A stretch of DNA of 64,000 nt. Source: Rhodothermales bacterium. GTDB lineage: Bacteria > Bacteroidota > Rhodothermia > Rhodothermales > Bin80. The translations under genes were made by a program, and so were the position numbers. The stretch is from the NCBI GenBank assembly GCA_965262785.1, contig OZ253559.1, positions 3,378,457 through 3,442,456 of the forward strand, in the 5' to 3' direction. Below are positions 48,050 to 55,831 of this stretch, one piece after another; positions within the stretch are counted from its first letter, which is position 1, and every line of letters begins with the position of its first letter. Under the pieces are notes generated by a model, which saw nothing but the letters and a program-made list of their open reading frames with translations, ran no database searches and was not told the origin of the DNA.

Positions 48050-48071
48050 AAGTGACAAAGTTCCGTTAAGA
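48050..48071. repeat. IS1634-like terminal inverted repeat (right)
   Basis: AAGTGACAAAGTTCCGTTAAGA. Confidence 0.8.
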
Positions 48072-48143
48072 TGGTCGAATTCGTGCCCAGCGATTGGGGT
48101 ACACTTCAAATTTTCGCCCGGACTTCTAGACCTAACCGACATC

Positions 48144-49748
48144 CTAGATGTCCAACTGTTCCGCCATCGCGTCCAGTTTCTCGACCACTTCCGGATGTAC
48201 TTCATCTCTCCGCATCCCTGCCGCAATTCCGTAGTACTCCGCCTCGCCTACCTGTACTAGGGCCGCATCACATACCTTGTTCAGTACATCTTTTCCCTTT
48301 CTTCCCTCGAAATAATCGGAGTCGAACGGCTTCTTGCGGATCGCCCGCGGAAAGTATTCATCCATGTGGTCATTTGCCCTATCAACCGCCTTGCTGTCAC
48401 TCCGCACTCTTAGCCACCGTAGGATGGCTTCAGGATGAATCAAGTAATTCTCGATCTCGTACCGTTCCCACACCAGCAGCCTCATTCCTTCCGGGCGTGA
48501 AGTCTCACCAACCCCTTCACCTTTGTCGTTCCTGTCACGCAACTCCACTCCTCTCAGAGTCGGGACGTTGAGCCGCAGGGCCTCGAAGTGTCGTGCCGGT
48601 TTAACGTTATCCTCGGCAGTCGTCCTCCAAAGCGGTTCCTCCAAGAATCGGTGCAAAGGATGTTCCAGAACCGCTGCCCAAGCCCTCAATATATCCAAGT
48701 CTGTTCCCCCTTCCACATACAAGATGCGTTCTACTTGCTTTGCCAACATTAGGTCGAAGTTGTCCAGCCGCAACGACTCAACCAAGCTCTGCACCTTCGG
48801 AATCTTGTACAACTCCTCGGCTAAGATTCGCAGATCCTTAGGCTGAGCGTTCCTTATTATCTGCTCCGAGTGCGTCGCGATGATCAGTTGCCATCCGTTA
48901 CGCTTCGCGCGTTCCCTCAAGCCACGGTAAAGTCTCTCCTGCAAGAAAATATGGAGGTGTGCATCCGGCTCGTCGATCAACATCACCGATCTGTCCCGCT
49001 GGAAGATAGCCGCGTATATCAGCACGATCTGCAAAAACCCGGCCGCCCCGCTACTATAGTCTAAAGACCACGTATCCGGGCCTTCACGGTATCCGGCCTG
49101 AATTTCGGCACCCGCGCTTGGCAAAGTCAATTCGTACCCAAACAGATCTGATACGATTTTTTTGAGCTCTTCCCACTTGCCGGCATCGCCGCTGACACTC
49201 AGGAGCAAATTGCGCAGAACCGTCCCTCCCTGCCCTCTTGCGAGTCTCGCGGAAACCACTTCCGGTCTATGACGCTCCTCGCGCAAGTCTACTCCTGACA
49301 TCGGCGGAACGTAGACGGGTATCAATGGATCCTGGATATATTGTTCCAGAACCGATTCCGAAACGTCACGCATTGGCCGCACATGTACACTGTTCCGATC
49401 CTTATAGAGAAGTTCGAATCCGAGTGCGTGTCCATCGATGTACAATCGAATTGACGCTGGATTTGTCACGTTTCGCGCTGGCCACAAATGATCCCAATCT
49501 ACCAGCGCCATCGATGAAACTGTCCGCACGTTTAAAAAATCGCTGCTGGGATAATCTCCATTATCGTCACGGACAAGATCAGGCATGTACTGCGCCCAGT
49601 GCGACGCGATCTCTGACCAGAAAGCAATAGCCTGTAGAAGTGTGGTCTTGCCACAATTGTTGGGCCCTACAATCACCAGATGCTCCGCCAGTGTGCAGTC
49701 TAAATCCTTGAAGCGCTTAAGATTCCGAATCACCAGTCGCTCAATCAT
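48144..49748 (-). CDS. ABC-type ATPase fused to DUF4435/TOPRIM-like domain (OLD / fused PARIS-like), last gene of the Ubl operon
   Basis: ATG 49748 (MIERLVIRNLKRFKDL..). Walker A IVGPNNCGKT. Walker B VMLIDEPDAHLH. IIATHSEQ. Then ILYVEGGTDLDILRAW.., ..ELRDRND.., ..YEIENYLIHPEAI.. typical of DUF4435. The start overlaps the stop of the upstream gene by 8 nt. Confidence 0.85.
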   Translation of the reverse strand: MIERLVIRNLKRFKDLDCTLAEHLVIVGPNNCGKTTLLQAIAFWSEIASHWAQYMPDLVRDDNGDYPSSDFLNVRTVSSMALVDWDHLWPARNVTNPASIRLYIDGHALGFELLYKDRNSVHVRPMRDVSESVLEQYIQDPLIPVYVPPMSGVDLREERHRPEVVSARLARGQGGTVLRNLLLSVSGDAGKWEELKKIVSDLFGYELTLPSAGAEIQAGYREGPDTWSLDYSSGAAGFLQIVLIYAAIFQRDRSVMLIDEPDAHLHIFLQERLYRGLRERAKRNGWQLIIATHSEQIIRNAQPKDLRILAEELYKIPKVQSLVESLRLDNFDLMLAKQVERILYVEGGTDLDILRAWAAVLEHPLHRFLEEPLWRTTAEDNVKPARHFEALRLNVPTLRGVELRDRNDKGEGVGETSRPEGMRLLVWERYEIENYLIHPEAILRWLRVRSDSKAVDRANDHMDEYFPRAIRKKPFDSDYFEGRKGKDVLNKVCDAALVQVGEAEYYGIAAGMRRDEVHPEVVEKLDAMAEQLDI

Positions 49749-50112
49749 GCCTGTTCTCCTTCGGTATTCGTAGCGGCGGATCCTGGGCCCAGACGATACA
49801 TCCTCGCCGAAACCAATAGTGGCAATCACACTGCAATCCAGTTACATGCACGGACGGCGTGAGCGATACACGTCCAGTGCTGTGCTCCTTGATACGCCAT
49901 CTGGGCCTTGCCTCGTGTGCCAAATCGAGATGGACGACCCGTTTGCATCTACGCCGCAAACAGACAATGGCCGCATAGAATGGATGTTGGCGCCCTCCTA
50001 TGATGTAGATCGTGTTGTGCTTAGGATCCAATGGTAAATCTTCGACCCATTCCGTCCGGTAGGGGTGTAGGCGAGCCCACGCATTCCATAGTAACCTGGG
50101 CAACCTAAGCAT
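49741..50112 (-). CDS. DUF6527-like Cys/His-rich small protein
   Basis: ATG 50112, overlapping the E1 stop by 8 nt. 123 aa: ..AAIVCLRRRCKRVVHLDL..RPRWRI..VSLTPSVHVTGLQCDCHYWFRRGCIVWA.. follows the pattern I associate with DUF6527 (C..C...l.l....W....tl.PSi...C..H.fi..G.i.w). The ORF-track N-terminal extension to 50295 overlaps the E1 gene and is rejected. Confidence 0.7.
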   Translation of the reverse strand: MLRLPRLLWNAWARLHPYRTEWVEDLPLDPKHNTIYIIGGRQHPFYAAIVCLRRRCKRVVHLDLAHEARPRWRIKEHSTGRVSLTPSVHVTGLQCDCHYWFRRGCIVWAQDPPLRIPKENRHD

Positions 50113-51496
50113 TTGTGATATTGTTTTGCACAAGCAGACTTCGGTCGCCAGCAGCGACGTACCGCTGCAACAGACTATGTGCCCCCCCCGGGGCGGCATC
50201 ATTCTCGAACGAGCCGTGAACCAACCGGAAGCGTTGCGTAGTGAAGTCGCTGTTGGCGTCAAGGCGGAAAGCTGAGATTCGCGCCAAGAAATCATTGAAC
50301 GCGAGGCAGGCCGCCTGCATGTTCACCGACATCACCGCTGGCTGCTCTTCACCAACCGCCGCCAAGTAGCCCGCAAGGCGTTGTTGATCGTAGTACTCTA
50401 AATCGGCACGGCGCCACTGTTCCGCAGTCACCTGGTCCATGGTGTAGGCTCCGCGTGAAAGCAGGCTGGTACCCCCAGGATGAACGTAATGCGCAACGGC
50501 ATCCGCCGACGAGATACCCCCTTCCCCATCCGCGTCAAGATCTACACCCACGTCGAAGTAAGGAATCAGGTATGCGCTCGCTATACAATCCAGATGATAG
50601 CGGCCGAAGGCGGTGTCCACACACCCGAAGATCACATCGCAATCAATCAAGGCCCTTACAATGGCCGCGGAATCTGTTAGCCCTTCGCACGCATGGACGA
50701 CCGTCCCAAGTCCGATCTGCTCTACAGCCTCCCTTAGAGCCAGTACCTTCGGTCGTCTCAGGCGGGCATCCGAAGATGTGCTGTTGACAATTCGGTTCAG
50801 GTTAACCGCGTCTATCGTATCGTCGTCAACGATGACCAATTCTCCGACCGCGTTACGGGTCAACAATTCCACAACGATGCTCCCTGTACCGGAGCAACCA
50901 ACCACTCCGACGCGCATCCCTCGCAGCAGCTCAAGCGTACCCCGTCCGAAAGTCTGCCTAAGTCGGGATTCGTGAGCCTCTTCGGGACTCTTGGCAGCTA
51001 GCTTCCAGGACTTGATTTCGTCGCCTACCACCGCGACTGTCTGGATCTCTCCAAATGCCCCCGTTTCATCGACCGTCCGTGCTCTGATTAGGCCGTTTGC
51101 CTGCATCACTGCCGCTCCATGCGGCCTCCTATCATCGAACCAACCCGAAACGGATTTCAGCAACATCCGATCGTTCTGATCGTCAATCGGTGAGAAGCGT
51201 GCCTCACCAACTGGATGGGAGTGTATCGTAACGATCGACTGATCCCGTTGATCAATGTTAGTGATCAAGCTGGGCGACACAGTCTCGGCAAAAGGCCACA
51301 ACACTGCGTCGTGACGCCGTTGGCATACCTCGTACGGAGGGCAAACAATATCCGCGACGAGAAGGCGTTGCCCGAACTTGCCGGCGCCACGGTTGCAAAG
51401 CAGAATCGCAGCCGCCTCCAGTCCATCACCTGGGAACAGGTAGTCCATAAGGACACCGTGGGAAGCCGCCGTCATTGCAAGCGTCGTCTCGGTCAT
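50105..51496 (-). CDS. JAB/JAMM metallopeptidase - ThiF/E1 adenylyltransferase fusion
   Basis: 463 aa. N-terminal ..GLEAAAILLC.. and ..TIHSHPVGEARFSPIDD.. give an exact JAMM motif (E...HxHx7Sx2D). Central MRVGVVGCSGTGSIVVELLTRNAVGELVIVDDDTIDAVNLNR is the E1/ThiF nucleotide-binding Rossmann motif. ATGA overlap with the E2-like gene. Confidence 0.9.
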   Translation of the reverse strand: MTETTLAMTAASHGVLMDYLFPGDGLEAAAILLCNRGAGKFGQRLLVADIVCPPYEVCQRRHDAVLWPFAETVSPSLITNIDQRDQSIVTIHSHPVGEARFSPIDDQNDRMLLKSVSGWFDDRRPHGAAVMQANGLIRARTVDETGAFGEIQTVAVVGDEIKSWKLAAKSPEEAHESRLRQTFGRGTLELLRGMRVGVVGCSGTGSIVVELLTRNAVGELVIVDDDTIDAVNLNRIVNSTSSDARLRRPKVLALREAVEQIGLGTVVHACEGLTDSAAIVRALIDCDVIFGCVDTAFGRYHLDCIASAYLIPYFDVGVDLDADGEGGISSADAVAHYVHPGGTSLLSRGAYTMDQVTAEQWRRADLEYYDQQRLAGYLAAVGEEQPAVMSVNMQAACLAFNDFLARISAFRLDANSDFTTQRFRLVHGSFENDAAPGGAHSLLQRYVAAGDRSLLVQNNITNA

Positions 51497-51882
51497 CTAC
51501 GTACCTCATGGCGCAGTTGCCGCTTGACATATTCCACATGGCTCACGATCGAATCCTCACCCGCTGTCCAACTGTAGTGTCGCGACCAACGTTGCCACGA
51601 TCTCTCGAAGTGAGATTCTGACGCCAGAGCTTTTATGCCCACTCCATCGGACCGTGCCAAGGGAGGGTCAAAGTAGAACATGTCGAGCGCCGACCCTGGA
51701 TAGCCGCTAGGAATCAAGACCATCAGAGTTGACGTCTCGCAGTTGAACCCCTCCGGAATGGGGAAGTGGTCGATCAAAAGGGCATTCTTGCCGGGACCTA
51801 CCGAATTGATGGACCAGCGCTCTTCAAAGTTTCCATCAAGATATTCTGAATCCTCCGGTGGCAATGCTACCGAAGCAATCAT
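51493..51882 (-). CDS. prokaryotic E2/UBC-fold-like protein (Prok-E2_E-like)
   Basis: 129 aa. ..STLMVLIPSGYPGSALDMFYFDPPLARSDG...FERSWQRWSRHYSW.. matches what I recall of the Prok-E2_E family, which accompanies Multiubiquitin and JAB-E1 genes. ATGA overlaps at both ends. Confidence 0.7.
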   Translation of the reverse strand: MIASVALPPEDSEYLDGNFEERWSINSVGPGKNALLIDHFPIPEGFNCETSTLMVLIPSGYPGSALDMFYFDPPLARSDGVGIKALASESHFERSWQRWSRHYSWTAGEDSIVSHVEYVKRQLRHEVRR

Positions 51883-52601
51883 TGACCCTGCTGCGCTTGA
51901 CGGCGGACAGACTCGAACCGCTCAATTCCGGGTGCTGTTAAGTCAACCCAGTCTCCGTCCACTTTGACTCGCTTGCCACCGGTTAGCTTTTGGTTCAGCG
52001 ACCACTCCTCAAGACTCTTGCCAGCGCGTTCAAGAATCTCCTTACCATTGATCTTCTCTGTACCAGCCAAGTACGTGTCGCGATCAAGCCGGTATCGGTA
52101 GGTGCAGCCGCTTGGCGGCCGGCGGCCGTGCTTACCACATTCTTCCACATCAATAGGTCCACGGACATCCCCAGGTGGAATCACGAAATATGAATCGGTG
52201 TTCTGTACGACTAGTCGCTTGTCATCGTCTATTTCCACATCGACGCCGTCTGGAATGTCTGCAAACAAACGCCCGTCCGGAAACTGCGGATCATGTGCCT
52301 TTAGGGCTTGAGCCCTTATTTTGGACCGAGACAGAGCAATGTCGTGAGCGCCGTTAAACTCCGGCTTTAGCTCCTTGCGAAGAGGAGGATCGTTTTCGAT
52401 TTGGCTATCGCCGAGAACAAATTTCTCGTTGCCTTGGATGAGGAGATATTCCTCAGGCAATATGGGAATGTCTACGTCATCTTCACGGTTGAGAAACAGG
52501 CGTAGTGGATGACAGCCAGCAAGTTCGTATAGCTGAGCACCGCTTACGAGGCCCGAGGCGCTCTGTTGACTCTTCCCGCCAATGTGAATCACTACAGTCA
52601 T
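51879..52601 (-). CDS. multi-ubiquitin protein (three tandem beta-grasp/Ubl repeats)
   Basis: 240 aa with three ~65-75-aa repeats: MTVVIHIGGKSQQSASGLVSGAQLYELAG..IPILPEEYLLIQGNEKFVL; ..EFNGAHDIALSRSKIRAQALKA..VEIDDDKRLVVQNTDSYFVI; ..YRYRLDRDTYLAGTEKINGKEILERAG..VKVDGDWVDLTAPGIERFES. First gene of the operon. Confidence 0.8.
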   Translation of the reverse strand: MTVVIHIGGKSQQSASGLVSGAQLYELAGCHPLRLFLNREDDVDIPILPEEYLLIQGNEKFVLGDSQIENDPPLRKELKPEFNGAHDIALSRSKIRAQALKAHDPQFPDGRLFADIPDGVDVEIDDDKRLVVQNTDSYFVIPPGDVRGPIDVEECGKHGRRPPSGCTYRYRLDRDTYLAGTEKINGKEILERAGKSLEEWSLNQKLTGGKRVKVDGDWVDLTAPGIERFESVRRQAQQGQ

Positions 52602-52692
52602 TTTCGTTGGTTCGATATGCTAAGGAAGCTTTGATTTACGGGGTAATGGAGGCTTGTCACACGGCAACGGGTCCACGAACTAATCAAGAGGG

Positions 52693-53064
52693 TTAGTTGC
52701 ACGCCAAATTGAACACTCTTCCGTGCGGCCGCCTGAGCTTTGGATGCCTTGGAAGCACTAGCTGCGATTCCAAGACATACCTATCCCAGTAACTGCATTG
52801 CTTAGAAAAAGGTCCTATTTCAGATTCAAAGACTACTCGGTCCCCCGTGATGACCCTATTCATAGTGCCGACACGACGCCCCAATTCCAAGAGGTAAATC
52901 GGACACTGTTGAGGCCATGCAGCGTCGTGCTCGTTCCCGCCGGAGTCTCTGCTACCTACGAGATGGTACAACGCCCACCACCTTTCACCCTCCCTCTTCC
53001 CCGGGCACACAAATACGAACCGTCCTCTTATTCGCCTAAATCGCGATTGAAGGTGTCTCTGCAC
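52693..53064 (-). CDS. hypothetical ORF upstream of the Ubl operon (weak)
   Basis: 123-aa ORF with no recognisable motif. An internal ATG (MNRVITGDRVVF..) would give only 56 aa. Listed only because it lies between the IS256-disrupted ORF and the operon on the same strand. Confidence 0.25.
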   Translation of the reverse strand: MQRHLQSRFRRIRGRFVFVCPGKREGERWWALYHLVGSRDSGGNEHDAAWPQQCPIYLLELGRRVGTMNRVITGDRVVFESEIGPFSKQCSYWDRYVLESQLVLPRHPKLRRPHGRVFNLACN

Positions 53065-53348
53065 GACCCAAGTGTTCTCCGTAAGATCCTACGGCCGTTA
53101 ATATCCGGTAGGTACAGTCATAAAACGTAACTCTGACGCCCAAAGTTGCCGAAGACGTCCGCGAAATCCTGCGTGTTTTTGCCCCAATCGGAGCCCTTGA
53201 CGCACACCGTTGCCTTGAGCGAACCGAAGATATTGCAGCAAGGGCGGCCGGACGGTCCGGAGATTATTCGACAGTCCAAGCCACGGAGGCGGCGAAGCAG
53301 ACTAAATCCAATGGCCAGTGCTATTGGATTGCCGTCTGCCCATAGAAT

Positions 53349-53379
53349 GGCGGTGCACCATTCTTAGTTGTTAAAAGGC
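53349..53379. repeat. IS256-like terminal inverted repeat (left)
   Basis: See the mobile_element entry. 25/31 match to the reverse complement of 55801..55831. Confidence 0.7.
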
Positions 53380-53413
53380 AGAAACAGTTAGATGATGGAG
53401 TCATTTTCCACAT

Positions 53414-54508
53414 ATGTCTATTCTGCTTTCTATGCACGGACTACACACGCATCCCACCCATCTTGACAGCGTCTCTGGCGCTGATCTGCGCGCCTCTGGT
53501 GACTGGCGTCTCTACCTGGTCAGGCAGTTCAGCGAGATCATGGAGTTGCTCGGCCGAGAGGGGGCAGCGCGGCATGAGCGCGCCAATGCAGGCGGGGCTG
53601 ATGGTCTGGAACTGGAAGCGCCTGTAGCCAGCGCCGATACCGCAGCGTGTACCTGCTGTGCGAGCTGCGTATCCACGCGGGAGGGGCCGAAGCTCGCGCC
53701 TTCTGGTGCGCAGCCACTGGACCCTTTGGTGTCAGCCCACGCGGAGCGGGCCCTGGAAGTATTCACTACTCGGCCATTGTCACAGGACGACTTCGGGGCG
53801 TTGTGGATCGACGCCGCCTATGTCCTGGGCACGCAGTATGTCTTCTGCATAGGCGCTACGATGACGGGACACAGACGGATCCTGAGCTTTGTAGCTTCGT
53901 CGCTGGAGGACGCCGCACTTCTGAGTCGGATGCTGCAGCAGCTCACCGAGCGGGGGCTTTGCACGGAGCGAGGAATCTTGTGCGTGATCCCGGGGGGAAG
54001 CGGCCTCTGCGAGGCACTCGCGACCCGCCTGGCCGATTCCGCCCAGGTGCAACGGTGCCAGGTGCAAAAGACCCGGCGTGTGCTGAGCTATCTGCCCGAG
54101 GAGAAGCGTATGGAGGTGCGCTGCGCTTTGCGTCACGCGTGGGAGGCAGCCGACTACGAGACGGCCCTACGGGCGCTGATGCGTGTGCACAGCACGGTGG
54201 CCCGCGAGAACCGCACCGCGGGCTGCTGCCTGAAGGAGGGGCTCAAGCAGACGCTGACCTTGCACCGGGCCGGAGTCTTTGCCGCCCTGGGTCGGAGCCT
54301 TAAGACCACCAGCGTGATTGGCCGTGTCAGCCAACGCTTAGTCACACGCTTGAGGCAGTATGCCCGGTGGATGCCACCGGAGCAGCGCGAGGCGTGCATG
54401 GCCCTGGGACTGCTGGAAATGGAAACAGGCCTGTACCGTCTGGCCCACGCTGCATACCTTGCGCGCCTTCGCAATACCCTCTTCGGCGAACGTACTACTG
54501 AATGCTAA
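53414..54508 (+). CDS. degenerate IS256-like transposase paralog lacking two DDE residues
   Basis: Aligns by eye with the downstream transposase: ..ALWIDAAYV.. versus ..LWIDGKHF.. (first D kept); ..CVIPGGSGL.. versus ..CMVDGSKGI.. (second D replaced by P); ..LKTTSVIGRVSQ.. versus ..LRTTNSIENLNS.. (E replaced by G). The N-terminal ~120 aa is unrelated. Confidence 0.6.
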   Translation: MSILLSMHGLHTHPTHLDSVSGADLRASGDWRLYLVRQFSEIMELLGREGAARHERANAGGADGLELEAPVASADTAACTCCASCVSTREGPKLAPSGAQPLDPLVSAHAERALEVFTTRPLSQDDFGALWIDAAYVLGTQYVFCIGATMTGHRRILSFVASSLEDAALLSRMLQQLTERGLCTERGILCVIPGGSGLCEALATRLADSAQVQRCQVQKTRRVLSYLPEEKRMEVRCALRHAWEAADYETALRALMRVHSTVARENRTAGCCLKEGLKQTLTLHRAGVFAALGRSLKTTSVIGRVSQRLVTRLRQYARWMPPEQREACMALGLLEMETGLYRLAHAAYLARLRNTLFGERTTEC

Positions 54509-54523
54509 TTCACCCTTGTACCT

Positions 54524-55816
54524 ATGAAGACCCCTACCACCGCTTCTTTTCCTTTGGACCTCTTCGGAGAGCTCATGCGTGCCTTCAGCCCGTGCAGCAT
54601 GCAGGCGAAAATCAACGCGGTGCTGAACATCGGCACGTTTATCCAGCACATGGCCTTGCAGATCATCAGTGACGAGGTAGCTGCGCTTTGCGGAACTTAC
54701 CGCAGCAGACGCCACAGGCCGCACCAGGGGCGTTACCTGCGCTGGGGCTACAATCCAGGGTCCATCCGACTGTGGGGGCAGCGGGTACGCATCCGCGTGC
54801 CGCGCGTGCACGACACCCGCACGAACAAGGCGCGCCCCCTTGAGAGTTACCAACGACTTCGCAGCACGAAGGTAGATGATGAAAAGCTGACCGAGATGTT
54901 GCTCATGGGAATCAGCCAGCGCAACTACCAGCGGGCCGCCCGGCAGTTTGCCGAGGCCTTTGGTCTGAGTGCGACCTCGGTCCGGCGCAGGTTTATCAAG
55001 CGTGGCGCCCAGACGCTGGAAGCGTTCTTTGAGCGTCGGCTGGACAGCCTGGACCTGGTGGGCCTGTGGATCGACGGCAAGCACTTTGCGAAGTACCAGA
55101 TGATGGTCGTCATGGGGCTGACCCTTACCGGCGAGAAGGTAGTACTGGGGTTTGCGCAGGTACCTTCGGAGAATACCGAGGCCATCCAGGGGCTTCTGGA
55201 AGCCCTGATTGCCCGTGGGCTACGCTTCCAGCAAGGACTGCTCTGCATGGTGGATGGGTCCAAGGGCATACACGCGGCTGTAGACAAAGTCTTTGGAAAG
55301 TACGCGCTCATTCAGCGCTGCTGCTGGCACAAGCAAGAAAACGTGGTGGCTCATCTGAACAAAGAGGATCAGGATCACTGGCGTAAGCGTCTGCAGGCGG
55401 CCTATCGAAAGCCCACTTACGCGGAGGCCAAGGCTGCGCTGACGATGATCCAAGAGACGTTGAAGACCAGCGCACCCAAGGCTGCCTCGAGTCTCGCGGA
55501 GGGCATGGAAGAGACACTGAAGCTGCATCAACTCGGACTGGCCAAACCGCTGGGCCGAAGCTTGCGAACTACCAACAGCATCGAGAACCTGAACAGTGCC
55601 TTCAGTCGCCTCTTCCACAACGTGACGCACTGGATGCACTCGGATCAGATTCAACGGTGGATGGCGCTGGGGGCCATGGAATCCCTTCGTAACTTGCAGC
55701 GGATTCCCCAAGCAGAGCATCTTCCGAAGCTACGCATGGCTTTACATGAACACATAAGTTGCACAGCACAATTGAATACTACCTCCACGCTACTGAGGAC
55801 GCCTTCCACCAACTGA
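54524..55816 (+). CDS. IS256-family (Mutator) DDE transposase
   Basis: 430 aa. ..LVGLWIDGKHFAKYQMMVVMGLTLTGEKVVLGF.., ..LLCMVDGSKGIHAAVDKVFG..IQRCCWHKQENV.., ..RSLRTTNSIENLNSAF.. match the IS256 D, D, E blocks. Confidence 0.85.
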   Translation: MKTPTTASFPLDLFGELMRAFSPCSMQAKINAVLNIGTFIQHMALQIISDEVAALCGTYRSRRHRPHQGRYLRWGYNPGSIRLWGQRVRIRVPRVHDTRTNKARPLESYQRLRSTKVDDEKLTEMLLMGISQRNYQRAARQFAEAFGLSATSVRRRFIKRGAQTLEAFFERRLDSLDLVGLWIDGKHFAKYQMMVVMGLTLTGEKVVLGFAQVPSENTEAIQGLLEALIARGLRFQQGLLCMVDGSKGIHAAVDKVFGKYALIQRCCWHKQENVVAHLNKEDQDHWRKRLQAAYRKPTYAEAKAALTMIQETLKTSAPKAASSLAEGMEETLKLHQLGLAKPLGRSLRTTNSIENLNSAFSRLFHNVTHWMHSDQIQRWMALGAMESLRNLQRIPQAEHLPKLRMALHEHISCTAQLNTTSTLLRTPSTN

Positions 55817-55831
55817 GAATGGCGCACCACC
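55801..55831. repeat. IS256-like terminal inverted repeat (right)
   Basis: See the mobile_element entry. It overlaps the 3' end of the 54524..55816 transposase gene. Confidence 0.7.

Larger units (their letters stand above)
45971..48071 (+). mobile_element. IS1634-like (IS4 superfamily) insertion sequence, 2101 bp
   Basis: 22-bp terminal inverted repeats with one mismatch: TCTTAACGGAAGTTTGTCACTT at 45971..45992 versus AAGTGACAAAGTTCCGTTAAGA at 48050..48071. One 604-aa transposase ORF inside. No target-site duplication is visible in the immediate flanks. Confidence 0.8.
53349..55831 (+). mobile_element. IS256-family (Mutator-like) element carrying two tandem transposase-like ORFs, 2483 bp
   Basis: Imperfect terminal inverted repeats, 25/31 matches: GGCGGTGCACCATTCTTAGTTGTTAAAAGGC at 53349..53379 versus the reverse complement of 55801..55831 (GGTGGTGCGCCATTCTCAGTTGGTGGAAGGC). 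The flanking 8-bp direct repeat matches at 7/8 positions: CATAGAAT (53341..53348) and AATAGAAT (55832..55839). Confidence 0.75.

Noticed and set aside
49412-49421. GTTCGAATCC, a T-arm-like tRNA signature.
   Set aside because: It lies inside the ATPase-DUF4435 coding sequence, with no acceptor or anticodon stems around it. I saw no tRNA elsewhere, but I could not scan exhaustively.
53146-53367. 73-aa plus-strand ORF ending inside the IS256-like left inverted repeat.
   Set aside because: It is antisense to the reconstructed IS-disrupted minus-strand ORF and Arg/Pro-rich. It crosses the insertion boundary, so it cannot be ancestral.
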